A stretch of DNA of 64,000 nt, from assembly GCF_006345805.1 (NCBI RefSeq), contig NC_042998.1, positions 51,088,001 to 51,152,000 of the forward strand, given 5' to 3'. Shown here piece by piece: positions 63,670 to 64,000 of the stretch. The position numbers were made by a program, and so were the translations under genes. Under the pieces are notes generated by a model. That model had not been told where the DNA came from. It did no database searches and worked only from the letters and a program-made list of their open reading frames with translations. This DNA comes from Octopus sinensis (taxonomy: Eukaryota). Positions within the stretch are counted from its first letter, which is position 1; each line of letters starts with the position of its first letter.

Positions 63670-64000
63670 AGTATTGCTTGGTATTCATGCCAGAAGTTCC
63701 AGAATGAACATTTTAGAATGTTTGAGTATCAATCTGAAGATGGTTTAAACTGAGGATGTGTTCCAAGCGAGATAAAAATCAAACATCCAGTCAACATCAT
63801 GGTGTTTGGAGTGATCACTAGTGATGGCAACGTTATGCCTCTATTCATCTTCCCACACAGCCTCACACTCAACACAGAGGCCTAACTCAAGTGCCTGGGG
63901 GAGATAGTGCTGCCCTGGGTCAAGAGGGTGGCTGCTGGAACACTCTATGTCTGGCAACAGGACTCTGCACCATGTCACACAAGCAGGAGAACCCAGTCAT
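63670..64000 (+). mobile_element. Tc1/mariner-superfamily transposase remnant, running off the window
   Basis: KHPVNIMVFGVITSDG...YVWQQDSAPCHTSRRTQS; in-frame stop at 63883. Confidence 0.85.

Overview
AT-rich, repeat-saturated eukaryotic non-coding DNA (intron or intergenic). The repeat families suggest a cephalopod, probably Octopus; this is recalled resemblance, not a database result. I found no intact host gene: most ORFs in the track are translations of microsatellites, and the rest are decayed transposon fragments. Those fragments include R4/Dong-like, RTE and CR1-like LINEs, several tRNA-derived SINE families, Tc1/mariner and pogo remnants, piggyBac-like MITEs, two Helitron-type elements and two possible LTRs. 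The most notable signal is a set of ORF-less fold-back elements, at least 7 loci from several sequence families. They carry hammerhead-ribozyme (HHR) cores, complete or partial, pointing outward on opposite strands, as in Penelope-like element pseudo-LTRs. One pair has a compensatory U3:A8 core, one pair has a ~90-nt stem II insert, and one three-copy family varies mainly at tolerant positions. Boundaries of degenerate repeats are approximate (+/-20-50 bp); ribozyme, TSD and TIR coordinates were counted by hand.
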